Shown: one piece after another, positions 26,694-37,199 of the stretch | Layout: each line of letters starts with the position of its first letter | How positions within the stretch are numbered: the first letter of the stretch is position 1 | Source: Escherichia coli | GTDB taxonomy: Bacteria; Pseudomonadota; Gammaproteobacteria; Enterobacterales; Enterobacteriaceae | Strand: one strand, 5' to 3' | Length of the DNA: 64,000 nt | NCBI RefSeq assembly: GCF_003334385.1 | Contig: NZ_QOWN01000001.1 | Program-made: the position numbers and the translations under genes | Notes under the pieces: model-generated | Told to the model about the DNA's origin: nothing | Database searches by the model: none | Seen by the model: only the letters and a program-made list of their open reading frames with translations

Positions 26694-27712
26694 TGCAGCA
26701 GGTGTTTTTCCAGGAAACTGAGTTTCTTAATTCAGTTATTGATTATGATCATAAAGTAGAAACAGAAAATCTTTGTCTGGACATCGCTTATGGAACTGAC
26801 AAAAACTTTCTATTTGGTTGCGGAATTTCGATTGCTTCAATATTAAAATATAATGAAGGAAGTCGATTGTGTTTCCATATTTTTACTGATTATTTTGGTG
26901 ATGATGATCGTAAGTATTTTGATGCCCTGGCGTTGCAGTATAAAACCAGAATTAAAATATATCTGATTAATGGTGATCGACTGCGCTCATTGCCTAGCAC
27001 TAAGAATTGGACTCATGCAATATATTTTCGTTTTGTTATTGCAGATTACTTTATTAATAAGGCGCCTAAAGTCCTTTATCTGGATGCAGATATCATTTGT
27101 CAGGGGACTATTGAGCCACTAATTAATTTCTCATTTCCTGACGATAAAGTCGCAATGGTTGTTACAGAAGGGCAAGCTGACTGGTGGGAAAAACGCGCCC
27201 ATTCGTTAGGTGTTGCGGGAATTGCTAAAGGTTACTTTAACTCCGGTTTTTTATTGATTAATACTGCCCAATGGGCGGCTCAGCAGGTTTCTGCACGAGC
27301 TATTGCAATGCTAAATGAGCCAGAAATAATCAAAAAAATAACACATCCTGATCAGGATGTGTTAAATATGTTGCTGGCGGATAAACTTATTTTCGCTGAT
27401 ATTAAATATAACACCCAGTTCAGCTTAAATTATCAACTCAAAGAAAGCTTTATAAACCCAGTAACCAACGATACTATTTTTATCCATTATATCGGGCCAA
27501 CCAAGCCCTGGCATGATTGGGCCTGGGATTATCCTGTATCACAAGCCTTTATGGAGGCAAAAAATGCTTCGCCATGGAAGAATACGGCGTTGCTGAAACC
27601 GAACAATAGCAATCAATTAAGATATAGCGCAAAACATATGCTTAAAAAGCATAGATATCTAAAAGGATTTAGCAACTATCTTTTTTATTTTATTGAAAAG
27701 ATAAAGCATTAA
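26693..27712 (+). CDS. waaO: UDP-glucose:(glucosyl)LPS alpha-1,3-glucosyltransferase WaaO (RfaI, GT8)
   Basis: 339-aa ORF with the GT8 DxD motif (LYLDADIIC). It is a paralogue of the next gene, and its start overlaps the waaB stop. Confidence 0.92.
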   Translation: MQQVFFQETEFLNSVIDYDHKVETENLCLDIAYGTDKNFLFGCGISIASILKYNEGSRLCFHIFTDYFGDDDRKYFDALALQYKTRIKIYLINGDRLRSLPSTKNWTHAIYFRFVIADYFINKAPKVLYLDADIICQGTIEPLINFSFPDDKVAMVVTEGQADWWEKRAHSLGVAGIAKGYFNSGFLLINTAQWAAQQVSARAIAMLNEPEIIKKITHPDQDVLNMLLADKLIFADIKYNTQFSLNYQLKESFINPVTNDTIFIHYIGPTKPWHDWAWDYPVSQAFMEAKNASPWKNTALLKPNNSNQLRYSAKHMLKKHRYLKGFSNYLFYFIEKIKH

Positions 27713-27751
27713 AACTGGGAAACTATAAAGTAATGATATAAGGGTAGCATT

Positions 27752-28768
27752 GTGGACTCATTTCCTGCCATAGAGATAGATAAAGTTAAAGCCTGGGATT
27801 TTCGGCTAGCTAATATAAATACTTCTGAATGTTTAAATGTTGCCTATGGTGTCGATGCTAATTATCTTGATGGTGTAGGTGTTTCCATCACATCAATTGT
27901 CCTAAATAATCGACATATTAATCTTGATTTTTATATTATTGCTGATGTTTATAATGATGGTTTTTTTCAAAAAATTGCAAAGCTTGCAGAGCAAAACCAA
28001 TTAAGAATCACGTTATATAGAATTAACACTGATAAGCTCCAGTGCTTGCCTTGTACACAGGTCTGGTCAAGAGCAATGTACTTCCGTTTATTTGCATTTC
28101 AATTATTGGGTTTAACGCTTGATCGTTTGCTTTATCTTGATGCAGATGTTGTTTGTAAAGGCGATATTAGCCAACTATTACATCTGGGTTTAAATGGAGC
28201 GGTTGCTGCTGTTGTTAAAGATGTTGAGCCAATGCAAGAAAAGGCGGTATCCAGGTTGTCTGATCCTGAATTACTTGGGCAGTACTTTAATTCCGGTGTC
28301 GTTTATTTAGACTTAAAAAAATGGGCTGACGCAAAACTAACAGAAAAAGCGTTGTCTATTCTTATGAGTAAAGATAATGTTTATAAATACCCTGATCAGG
28401 ATGTTATGAATGTCTTACTGAAAGGGATGACATTATTTTTGCCTCGTGAGTACAATACAATTTATACAATTAAAAGTGAATTAAAAGACAAAACACATCA
28501 AAACTATAAAAAGCTGATTACAGAAAGTACTCTTCTTATTCATTATACAGGTGCAACTAAACCGTGGCACAAATGGGCAATTTATCCATCGGTAAAATAC
28601 TATAAAATAGCTTTAGAAAATTCCCCCTGGAAAGATGACTCTCCACGAGATGCGAAATCAATTATTGAATTTAAAAAAAGATATAAACATCTTTTAGTGC
28701 AACATCATTATATCTCAGGAATTATAGCAGGAGTCTGTTATCTTTGCCGAAAATATTACCGTAAATAA
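27752..28768 (+). CDS. waaJ: UDP-glucose:(glucosyl)LPS alpha-1,2-glucosyltransferase WaaJ (RfaJ; called WaaR for the K-12 core)
   Basis: 338-codon ORF from a GTG start, with the GT8 DxD motif (LYLDADVVC). It shares the C-terminal HYTGATKPWH motif with WaaO (HYIGPTKPWH). Confidence 0.9.
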   Translation: MDSFPAIEIDKVKAWDFRLANINTSECLNVAYGVDANYLDGVGVSITSIVLNNRHINLDFYIIADVYNDGFFQKIAKLAEQNQLRITLYRINTDKLQCLPCTQVWSRAMYFRLFAFQLLGLTLDRLLYLDADVVCKGDISQLLHLGLNGAVAAVVKDVEPMQEKAVSRLSDPELLGQYFNSGVVYLDLKKWADAKLTEKALSILMSKDNVYKYPDQDVMNVLLKGMTLFLPREYNTIYTIKSELKDKTHQNYKKLITESTLLIHYTGATKPWHKWAIYPSVKYYKIALENSPWKDDSPRDAKSIIEFKKRYKHLLVQHHYISGIIAGVCYLCRKYYRK

Positions 28769-28785
28769 CATTTAACTGGTTTATT

Positions 28786-29484
28786 ATGATTCAGAAGAGC
28801 AAGATCAAAGACTTGGTTGTTTTTACCGATGAAAACAATTCAAAGTACCTCAATGTATTAAATGACTTCTTGTCTTATAATATAAATATCATCAAGGTTT
28901 TTCGTTCTATTGATGATACAAAAGTTATGCTTATTGATACCGATTACGGTAAATTGATTCTTAAGGTTTTTTCTCCGAAAGTTAAGCGTAACGAACGTTT
29001 CTTTAAGTCTCTGTTAAAAGGTGATTATTACGAACGCCTTTTTGAGCAAACCCAAAAAGTACGAAATGAAGGGTTAAATACACTCAATGACTTTTATTTA
29101 TTGGCTGAACGGAAAACCTTACGTTTTGTCCATACTTATATCATGATCATCGAGTATATTGATGGCATAGAGTTGTGTGATATGCCCGATATTGATGATG
29201 CGCTAAAAAATAAAATTCAGCAATCAATTAATGCCTTACATCAACATGGCATGGTTTCTGGCGACCCCCATCGTGGTAACTTCATTATAAAAAATGGTGA
29301 GGTTCGAATTATCGATCTCTCCGGAAAGCGTGCTTCAGCGCAGCGTAAAGCGAAAGATCGTATTGACTTAGAGCGTCATTACGGTATTAAAAATGAGATT
29401 AGAGATCTAGGCTATTATCTTTTAGTATATCGTAAAAAAATGCGCAATTTTATGCGGCGTTTGAAAGGGAAACCAGCGCGCTAA
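28786..29484 (+). CDS. waaY: LPS core heptose(II) kinase WaaY
   Basis: 232-aa ORF starting MIQKSKIKDLVVFTDENNSKYLNVLNDF. It contains a kinase-like motif GDPHRGNFI and the later IIDLSG. Confidence 0.9.
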   Translation: MIQKSKIKDLVVFTDENNSKYLNVLNDFLSYNINIIKVFRSIDDTKVMLIDTDYGKLILKVFSPKVKRNERFFKSLLKGDYYERLFEQTQKVRNEGLNTLNDFYLLAERKTLRFVHTYIMIIEYIDGIELCDMPDIDDALKNKIQQSINALHQHGMVSGDPHRGNFIIKNGEVRIIDLSGKRASAQRKAKDRIDLERHYGIKNEIRDLGYYLLVYRKKMRNFMRRLKGKPAR

Positions 29485-29554
29485 AAAAAATCCCACAATT
29501 ACATGTCTTCACCAGGACAGTTTTAAGCGGAGTTATTTATTTCACAGGTTTATC

Positions 29555-30406
29555 ATGAAGAATATTAGATACATTGACAAAAAAGATGTTGAAAACCTGA
29601 TTGAAAATAAAACATCTGATGATGTTATTATTTTTCTTTCGGGCCCTACATCGCAAAAAACACCTTTGTCAGTATTACGAACAAAGGATATTATTGCTGT
29701 CAATGGTTCTGCGCAATATCTGTTAAGTAATAATATCGTTCCTTTTATATATGTACTTACAGATGTCCGATTTTTACATCAGCGTCGTGATGATTTTTAT
29801 AAATTTAGCCAGAGAAGTCGTTATACCATAGTAAACGTTGACGTTTATGAACACGCTTCCAAAGAAGATAAACTTTATATCCTCCAGAACTGCCTCGTAT
29901 TACGGTCCTTTTACCGTCGGGAAAAAGGTGGTTTTATAAAGAAGATTAAATTTAATATTTTGAGACAGATTCACAAAGAACTGCTGATCTCTGTACCGTT
30001 GTCTAAAAAAGGTCGTCTGGTTGGATTTTGCAAGGACATTAGTCTTGGTTATTGCTCATGCCATACTATTGCCTTTGCTGCAATTCAAATCGCATATTCA
30101 CTTAAGTATGCGCGGATTATTTGTTCTGGTCTTGATTTAACGGGTAGCTGTTCTCGTTTCTATGATGAGAATAAAAATCCCATGCCCTCGGAATTAAGTA
30201 GGGATTTATTCAAAATATTGCCATTTTTTCGTTTTATGCATGATAATGTAAAAGATATTAATATTTATAATTTATCAGATGATACAGCTATTTCTTACGA
30301 TGTAATTCCATTTATTAAACTTCAAGACATCAGTGCAGAAGAATCAAAAGATATGACAAGGAAAAAAATGCAATATAGAACTTCAACCGATTCTTATGCT
30401 AATTAA
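29555..30406 (+). CDS. waaZ: LPS core biosynthesis protein WaaZ (implicated in KdoIII addition)
   Basis: 283-aa ORF starting MKNIRYIDKKDVENLIENKTSDDVIIFLSGPTS. K-12 core-type gene order. Confidence 0.87.
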   Translation: MKNIRYIDKKDVENLIENKTSDDVIIFLSGPTSQKTPLSVLRTKDIIAVNGSAQYLLSNNIVPFIYVLTDVRFLHQRRDDFYKFSQRSRYTIVNVDVYEHASKEDKLYILQNCLVLRSFYRREKGGFIKKIKFNILRQIHKELLISVPLSKKGRLVGFCKDISLGYCSCHTIAFAAIQIAYSLKYARIICSGLDLTGSCSRFYDENKNPMPSELSRDLFKILPFFRFMHDNVKDINIYNLSDDTAISYDVIPFIKLQDISAEESKDMTRKKMQYRTSTDSYAN

Positions 30407-30438
30407 TCATCCTGAAACTAAAATAATATGGTATAAAA

Positions 30439-31512
30439 ATGCGCTTAGGAACTTTTCACAAAAAGAAAAGATTTTATATAAACAAAATCAAGATTAATTT
30501 CCTTTCTTTTTTATTTCGTAATAAAATAAATAATCAAATTACAGATCCAGCACAAGTTAAATCATGCCTTATTATTCATGATAATAATAAACTTGGTGAT
30601 CTAATTGTATTAAGTTCGATTTATCGTGAACTTTATAGTAAAGGGGTTAAAATAACTCTTCTCACAAATAGAAAGGGTGGGGAATTTCTCTCTAATAATA
30701 AAAATATATTTGAGTTCTGTATTAAAGAATCAACCGGTTTTCTTGAAATGCTTACTCTATGTAAGCATCTGCGGGATTTACAGTTCGATATTGTATTAGA
30801 CCCCTTTGAAACTATGCCCTCATTTAAGCATAGCTTAATATTATCAAGTTTAAAAGATTCTTACATTCTGGGTTTTGATCATTGGTATAAGCGTTACTAT
30901 TCATTTTACCATCCCCACGATGAATGTTTAAAAGAACATATGAGTACACGAGCAATAGAAATACTGAAGCATATTTATGGTGAGGGTAAATTTTCCACCA
31001 ACTACGACTTGCATTTACCAGTAGATGTTGAAGATAAAATAAAAGAATTTATTGGAGATACAAGAATAGTCATTATTAATCCATTAGGTGCAAAAAAAAT
31101 ATGCCGTCTTACGTTTGAGCAAATAAAAGTTATATATCAAGAAGTGAAAACACACTTTGAAAATTATCGGATTATATTTACCGGGTTACCGCAAGATTTA
31201 TTGACAATACCAATACTTGAAATCGAAACACTACCATTTGATGAGTTTATTTATACCGTTGCGTTGACCAAGTATAGTGATTTTGTCATTTCTGTTGATA
31301 CAGCTCTTGTTCATATCGCTGCGGCTTATCATAAACCAACGCTTGCATTTTACCCTAATTCACGTACTCCGGAATATCCCTCGCATTTAATTTGGTCCCC
31401 GAATCATCATAAATCTATACAAATAGTATCCCCAACATATACGGTAAAAGATATCGATACTGAAACTTTAACTAATTCAGTAAAGAGATTAAGTTGTATA
31501 GATAAGAAGTGA
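30439..31512 (+). CDS. waaU: LPS heptosyltransferase IV WaaU (RfaK, GT9)
   Basis: 357-aa ORF. GT9-like (KSCLIIHDNNKLGDLIVLSSIY; DTALVHIAAAYHKPTLAFY). It is the last gene of the waaQ operon. Confidence 0.88.
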   Translation: MRLGTFHKKKRFYINKIKINFLSFLFRNKINNQITDPAQVKSCLIIHDNNKLGDLIVLSSIYRELYSKGVKITLLTNRKGGEFLSNNKNIFEFCIKESTGFLEMLTLCKHLRDLQFDIVLDPFETMPSFKHSLILSSLKDSYILGFDHWYKRYYSFYHPHDECLKEHMSTRAIEILKHIYGEGKFSTNYDLHLPVDVEDKIKEFIGDTRIVIINPLGAKKICRLTFEQIKVIYQEVKTHFENYRIIFTGLPQDLLTIPILEIETLPFDEFIYTVALTKYSDFVISVDTALVHIAAAYHKPTLAFYPNSRTPEYPSHLIWSPNHHKSIQIVSPTYTVKDIDTETLTNSVKRLSCIDKK

Positions 31513-31530
31513 GTTTTAACTCACTTCTTA
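31503..31530. terminator. bidirectional hairpin between convergent waaU and waaL
   Basis: Near-perfect palindrome taagaagtgagtt-tt-aactcacttctta (12-13 bp stem). It overlaps the waaU stop codon. Confidence 0.7.
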
Positions 31531-31543
31531 AACTTGTTTATTC

Positions 31544-32803
31544 TTAATTAATTGTATTGTTACGATTATTAATGACGAGTAAGAGGACTATAGCGGATAT
31601 AATGATAATTGGAATGCTGCGTGCCCATATGATCACATCACTGAGTCCAATCCCCACAATGCCAAGCGTTAATATCAACAAACCCAAAGCTCGTTTTTTA
31701 TATGCTATATAAAATAGTGAAAAATAGAGGAAAAGTGTGGAAAAAATTCCCATCAGACCTTTCAGTGACCCTGCTTCAATTATCTCATTATGTAGATGTA
31801 CGTTAGAAAACTCCAATGCCCCTCTTAGCCTATTGTGTTCTGCAACTAACAAATTCATACTTTCAGCGCGTGACTCTGCTGATCTAAATGAAAAAGGTGA
31901 CTTTATGAATATATTTAAACCAATTTCGTACATTGCCAGTCTTGCACCTAGGGAAGTAACACTATTAGCATTGGTATAACTGTTTAAGTCATTTAATGCT
32001 TCATTATAGCGATTCTGTATTGGTTTATTAAATATAATAACAATGCTAGCTAATATAGCAATTAGTAGAACAATAGAGGAAGTGAATTTCTTGGGTGATT
32101 TATTATAATAAGCTATTAATGCAGCAACACAAATTATAGGGAACAGGAGTAGGGTTGCTCTGGTTTGTGTTAGCGCCAGAACATAAAGTACCGCGCAACT
32201 ATTTAATAAAAATAAAAAAGGATGATTTTTCTTAGTATAAAGAATCGCAACGCCACTAACTATCCCTATTAGCATTGTTGAATATGCTGCTCCTGTTGCC
32301 GTTCCTACACCAAAAGAAATGCGGTCATTTTCATGAATGCTATTAATATACATTGCATATCCAGCAATTAGAAATGACAGAGAATACAAAGTGTATAATA
32401 CACTCTCTTTTTTTGATTTTAGCTGGCTAGTTAGTGTCAAGAAAACAATAAAAGAACCAAATATAAATATTTTGGCAGTATTTAAATAACTATGGTAAGT
32501 AGCACGAAATGGCGAATTATCTACTTTAAACGCAGAATACCAAATTAAATCAAGCAAGCCTATTAAAAATATAGAAAGGGGAAGAATAAGGTTTTTTATA
32601 TTATAATTTTCTTGTCTGCCACGTAAAATTAGTGACAATAAGCAAACTATAGCAGTGATATTATATATTTTTATGCTGAAAGTATTATCGACGAATGCAA
32701 TTATCATTGAAAAAAAACATAATATATAAGTTATTATCTCTAAAATCATTGATGATTTCAGAGTGTAAGGTTTCAATGAATGAAGTTTAAAGGATGTTAG
32801 CAT
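31544..32803 (-). CDS. waaL: O-antigen ligase WaaL
   Basis: 419-aa polytopic membrane ORF starting MLTSFKLHSLKPYTLKSSMILEIITYILCF. AT-rich, and positioned upstream of waaC/waaF as in K-12. Confidence 0.92.
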   Translation of the reverse strand: MLTSFKLHSLKPYTLKSSMILEIITYILCFFSMIIAFVDNTFSIKIYNITAIVCLLSLILRGRQENYNIKNLILPLSIFLIGLLDLIWYSAFKVDNSPFRATYHSYLNTAKIFIFGSFIVFLTLTSQLKSKKESVLYTLYSLSFLIAGYAMYINSIHENDRISFGVGTATGAAYSTMLIGIVSGVAILYTKKNHPFLFLLNSCAVLYVLALTQTRATLLLFPIICVAALIAYYNKSPKKFTSSIVLLIAILASIVIIFNKPIQNRYNEALNDLNSYTNANSVTSLGARLAMYEIGLNIFIKSPFSFRSAESRAESMNLLVAEHNRLRGALEFSNVHLHNEIIEAGSLKGLMGIFSTLFLYFSLFYIAYKKRALGLLILTLGIVGIGLSDVIIWARSIPIIIISAIVLLLVINNRNNTIN

Positions 32804-32812
32804 GTTTTACCT

Positions 32813-33772
32813 TTATAATGATGATAACTTTTCCAAAACTGCTTGACTGTTGAGGTTAATTAAATTTTCTCTTGGAGCCCTACATACCATCTGATTCTTC
32901 CCATACCCACCAATTAATCCCGGATCGGTTGGTCCATAAACCGTGATATTGGGTCTATCCAGTGCCGCCGTTAAATGGCTTAACCCCGTATCCACCGACA
33001 CTACAAATTTAGCCCCGGCCAGCACGCGGGCAACGCCTTCCAGACTCATCTTCGGCAATACTTCAACATAAGCAAATCCTTCCGCCAGTCGTTTCGCCCG
33101 TTCTTCCTCATGCGGCGCGCCCCACGGAAGTTTAATCCGTATTCCTGAATCAGCCAGTAAACCAATCAATTCTCGCCAGTGTTCTTCCGGCCAGTGTTTA
33201 TCATCACGGGTCGTCGCATGAAGAAATACGGCATATTCGCCAGCATCTGTAGGCAGGTTCGTCAGAAAATGCTGTGCGATAGCATAATCGCCCTGGGTTT
33301 GCGGTTTGCTATAGCCCAAACTTTTGGCAAACAGTTCGCGGGTGCGTTCTACGGCGTGCTGCTGTTTTGCAATATGATGCTTACGATTGTAAAACAGGCT
33401 GGCTAAAGGTTCGCGAGCGGTTTGCCAGTCCATGCCATGCTTTACGCCATGCGCCAGACGCGTCACCAGCGCCGCGCTTTTTACCAGCCCCTGAGCGTCG
33501 ATAACTGCGTCATAGTTCTCTGCTTGTAGCGCTTCACGAAACGCTTTGCGTTCCGCTTTTATGGGGGCCGAGAACCAGGCTTTACGCCAGCGACGTATTG
33601 CCACAGGAATAACTCGCTCAACGGCAGCGTGCCAGGAAGGAATCTGTGCGAACCCTTCTTCCACCACCCAGTCAAACTTAATCCCTGGGATTGCCTGCTG
33701 GGCATCAGTGAGTGCGGGCAACGTATGGAGAACATCGCCCATCGACGATGTTTTAACGATCAAAACCCGCAT
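32813..33772 (-). CDS. waaC: LPS heptosyltransferase I WaaC (GT9)
   Basis: 319-aa ORF starting MRVLIVKTSSMGDVLHTLPALTDAQQAIPG. Confidence 0.95.
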   Translation of the reverse strand: MRVLIVKTSSMGDVLHTLPALTDAQQAIPGIKFDWVVEEGFAQIPSWHAAVERVIPVAIRRWRKAWFSAPIKAERKAFREALQAENYDAVIDAQGLVKSAALVTRLAHGVKHGMDWQTAREPLASLFYNRKHHIAKQQHAVERTRELFAKSLGYSKPQTQGDYAIAQHFLTNLPTDAGEYAVFLHATTRDDKHWPEEHWRELIGLLADSGIRIKLPWGAPHEEERAKRLAEGFAYVEVLPKMSLEGVARVLAGAKFVVSVDTGLSHLTAALDRPNITVYGPTDPGLIGGYGKNQMVCRAPRENLINLNSQAVLEKLSSL

Positions 33773-33775
33773 CCG

Positions 33776-34822
33776 TCAGGCTTCCTCTTGTAACAATAGC
33801 GCGTTGAGTTCTTCCAGTACGCGCTGGGGAGTAATGTTGATTAAGCTCTGGTGATAACCCTCCGCAGCGTCACCTTTACGCACTTTGTGATAGCCGGTAA
33901 TCAAACGGATCACGCGCGCTTTATGGGATAGCGGCGGTGTGAAGTCCGGGCTACTCGGACCATACAGGGCAACCAGCGGACGATTGAGCGCCGCCGCAAC
34001 ATGCATCAGGCCAGAATCGTTAGTGACAATGGCTTTACAGGCTGCAATCAGGATAACCGCTTGATCAAGCTGTGTTTCCCCCGCCAGGTTCCGACACCAT
34101 GCCTGCTGCTCGGTATTCAAAGCGGCAAGAATCTCATTGCCCGCTTCATGATCTTTCGCCGAGCCAAACAGAACCACCTGATAACCTTCATCAATCAGCT
34201 GCTTTGCCAGCTCCGCATAGTGGTAGTGTGGCCAGCGTTTTGCCGGACCAAACTCCGCACCCGGGCAAAAACCAATCATCGGACGTTCTGATGAAAGCGA
34301 AAATTGATTACAGGTATATGATTTTTCACCTTCGCTCACCTGCAACTGCGGCCATAACAATGGCTGCGGCAGATCTTGTGCTGTGCGCATAATGCCTTTG
34401 TCATAGGCCAGCGCTATATAGCGTTCCACCATTAGCGGCCAGGCTTCTTTATCGAGCACGCGTACATCGTTGAGTAAACCGTAGCGCATCTCGCCGCGCC
34501 AGCCGGTGCGATGAGGAATACCCGCGAAGAAAGGCACTAATGCAGATTTGAAGGAGTTGGGTAAGACGTAGGCGCGGTCGTAGCGCTTTTCACGCAGGCT
34601 ATGACCCAGTTTGCGGCGTTCGCCGATTTCCAGCGCTCCGTGACCGAGAGGCATAGGAATAGCTTCGTTAACTTCCGGCATCCGCGATAATAATGGACGG
34701 CACCATGCCGGTGCCATCACATCGATTATCGCCTGGGGATAGCGCGCCTGGAGCGTGCGATAGAGACTTTGCGACATCATCATGTCGCCAACCCAAGACG
34801 GGCCGATCACCAGTATTTTCAT
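33776..34822 (-). CDS. waaF: LPS heptosyltransferase II WaaF (GT9)
   Basis: 348-aa ORF starting MKILVIGPSWVGDMMMSQSLYRTLQARYPQ. Confidence 0.95.
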   Translation of the reverse strand: MKILVIGPSWVGDMMMSQSLYRTLQARYPQAIIDVMAPAWCRPLLSRMPEVNEAIPMPLGHGALEIGERRKLGHSLREKRYDRAYVLPNSFKSALVPFFAGIPHRTGWRGEMRYGLLNDVRVLDKEAWPLMVERYIALAYDKGIMRTAQDLPQPLLWPQLQVSEGEKSYTCNQFSLSSERPMIGFCPGAEFGPAKRWPHYHYAELAKQLIDEGYQVVLFGSAKDHEAGNEILAALNTEQQAWCRNLAGETQLDQAVILIAACKAIVTNDSGLMHVAAALNRPLVALYGPSSPDFTPPLSHKARVIRLITGYHKVRKGDAAEGYHQSLINITPQRVLEELNALLLQEEA

Positions 34823-34831
34823 GCAGAGCTC

Positions 34832-35764
34832 TTATGCGTCGCGATTCAGCCAGGCCATGTATTCCGTTACACCTTCAGCAACGGTTTTGAACGGTTTGTC
34901 GTAACCCGCCGCGCGCAGATTTGTCAGATCTGCCTGAGTGAACGCCTGATAGCGGCCTTTCAGTTTATCCGGGAACGGAATGTATTCGATCTGGCCTTTC
35001 TTGTGATAAGCCAGCGTAGCATCAGCTACCGCCTGGAAGGATTCCGCACGACCAGTACCGAGATTGAAGATGCCGGAAACGCCATTTTCCAGGAACCACA
35101 GATTCACATCAGCCACGTCGCCCACATAGACGAAGTCGCGTTTGAAGTTCTCGCTACCTTCAAACAGCTTCGGTGATTCACCGTTGTTAAGCTGGGTGTT
35201 GAGATGGAAAGCGACGCTCGCCATGCTGCCTTTATGGCCTTCACGCGGTCCATAAACGTTGAAATAACGGAAGCCAACAATCTGCGAGTTCGCTTCAGGC
35301 AGGATTTGACGAACATATTCATCAAACAGGAATTTTGAGTAACCGTAGACGTTCAACGGTTTTTCGTACTCGCGGGATTCAATAAAGTCGGAGGTGCGTC
35401 CGCCGTAGGTGGCTGCGGAAGAAGCGTACAGGAACGGGATTTCACGCTCCAGGCAGTAGTGCAGCAGCTCCTTGGAGTATTGATAGTTGTTATCCATCAT
35501 ATACTTGCCGTCCCACTCGGTGGTGGAAGAGCACGCGCCTTCGTGGAAAATCGCTTCGACATCGCCGAACTCTTCGCCAGCCATAATCTGGATCAGGAAG
35601 TCTTCCTTATCCATATAGTCTGCGATATTCAGATCCACCAGGTTCACAAACTTGGTGCCGTCTTTCAGGTTGTCCACCACCAGAATATCGGTGATGCCTT
35701 TATCATTCAGGGCTTTAACGATGTTGCTGCCGATAAAGCCCGCGCCGCCGGTAACGATGATCAT
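34832..35764 (-). CDS. hldD: ADP-L-glycero-D-manno-heptose 6-epimerase HldD (RfaD)
   Basis: 310-aa ORF starting [23 protein letters not shown], with a Rossmann GxGxxG motif. It is the first gene of hldD-waaF-waaC-waaL. Confidence 0.96.
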
Positions 35765-36067
35765 AACTGTAACCTTCGAATTATGGAGTCAGAGACAATC
35801 TCAGACACGAATGTCTGTAATCATACCATCACATCCGAATCCCTTCAGCCCTTTACATAGAGGTGCAAGGATGCTAATTGCAACAAACTAGTTTGGGTTT
35901 TAGCTAGTCCTTCATGGCGGATGTTGGTTTTGCATGTGAATAGTGCTTTAGTATCAATATTCCGATGTATGATAAATAACGGAAGCATTTGAATGGATAA
36001 TATACAGTATACATTCTATTAATATTTATGATATAATTCTTTTTTTATATTAATGGTCTTATTAGTA

Positions 36068-36925
36068 ATGAAATCATCCACCACAATTATCACTGCATAT
36101 TTTGACATTGGTAGAGGGGATTGGACTGCTAATAAAGGGTTCCGTGAAAAACTAGCTCGTTCAGTTGATGTTTATTTTAGTTACTTTGAGCGTCTGGCCG
36201 CACTTGAAAATGAGATGATTATTTTCACTTCTCCCGATTTGAAACCAAGGGTTGAAGCGATTCGCAACGGAAAACCAACAACGGTTATCGTTATCGATAT
36301 AAAAAAGAAATTTAGATATATCAGAAGTCGTATCGAAAAAATTCAAAAAGATGAGTCGTTTACAAATAGACTTGAGCCTCGACAATTAAAAAAACCAGAG
36401 TACTGGTCACCAGAGTATGTTTTGGTATGTAACCTTAAGGCCTATTTTGTAAATAAAGCTATCAACATGGGCTTAGTGAAAACGCCTCTTGTTGCGTGGA
36501 TAGATTTTGGCTATTGCCGTAAGCCAAATGTAACTCGAGGATTGAAAATTTGGGATTTCCCATTTGATGAAAGTAAGATGCATCTTTTCACTATAAAAAA
36601 AGGGCTTACTGTCACATCTCAACAACAGGTTTTTGATTTCATGATTGGCAATCATGTATATATTATTGGGGGCGCAATTGTTGGTTCACAGCATAAATGG
36701 AAAGAATTCTATAAATTAGTTCTGGAAAGTCAAAAAATAACACTAAATAATAACATTGTGGACGATGACCAGGGCATTTTTGTCATGTGCTATTACAAAC
36801 GCCCCGATCTCTTCAACCTAAACTATCTGGGGAGAGGAAAATGGTTCGATTTGTTTCGCTGCTTCAGGAGTAACACTTTAGGGGCAAAAATGCAGGCGCT
36901 GAGAATTTTCCTTTCAAGAAAATAG
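36068..36925 (+). CDS. htrL: HtrL (YibB), WlaTC/HtrL-family putative glycosyltransferase of unknown role
   Basis: ORF 36053..36925. The ATG at 36068 gives 285 aa starting MKSSTTIITAYFDIGRGDWTANKGFREKL. AT-rich gene flanked by long AT-rich spacers. Confidence 0.85.
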   Translation: MKSSTTIITAYFDIGRGDWTANKGFREKLARSVDVYFSYFERLAALENEMIIFTSPDLKPRVEAIRNGKPTTVIVIDIKKKFRYIRSRIEKIQKDESFTNRLEPRQLKKPEYWSPEYVLVCNLKAYFVNKAINMGLVKTPLVAWIDFGYCRKPNVTRGLKIWDFPFDESKMHLFTIKKGLTVTSQQQVFDFMIGNHVYIIGGAIVGSQHKWKEFYKLVLESQKITLNNNIVDDDQGIFVMCYYKRPDLFNLNYLGRGKWFDLFRCFRSNTLGAKMQALRIFLSRK

Positions 36926-36972
36926 GTTTCCCTCCATTAGTGGGTAGCGTTTTGATACCAACTGAGATAGGA

Positions 36973-36998
36973 AAAATGATGCTTTGGCATCATTTTTT
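36973..36998 (+). terminator. rho-independent terminator of htrL
   Basis: Stem aaaatgatgc/gcatcatttt with a 4-nt loop, running into a T-rich tract, 48 nt after the htrL stop. Confidence 0.7.
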
Positions 36999-37199
36999 CT
37001 TTTTATATCAATGCAGTAAAATCAATCATCATTATGCCCAGCCAAAACTGTACAGCTTTTCTACTATCTGTAGGTGTTGAGAGACATCAAGTTACACGTT
37101 ATTTATCCTGAATTTTGCAGAAGTGTTAACGCGTTATCTCGTCGCGACCTATAAGTTTGGGTAATATGTGCTGGAATTTGCCCTGTCTGGAGAATCGCA

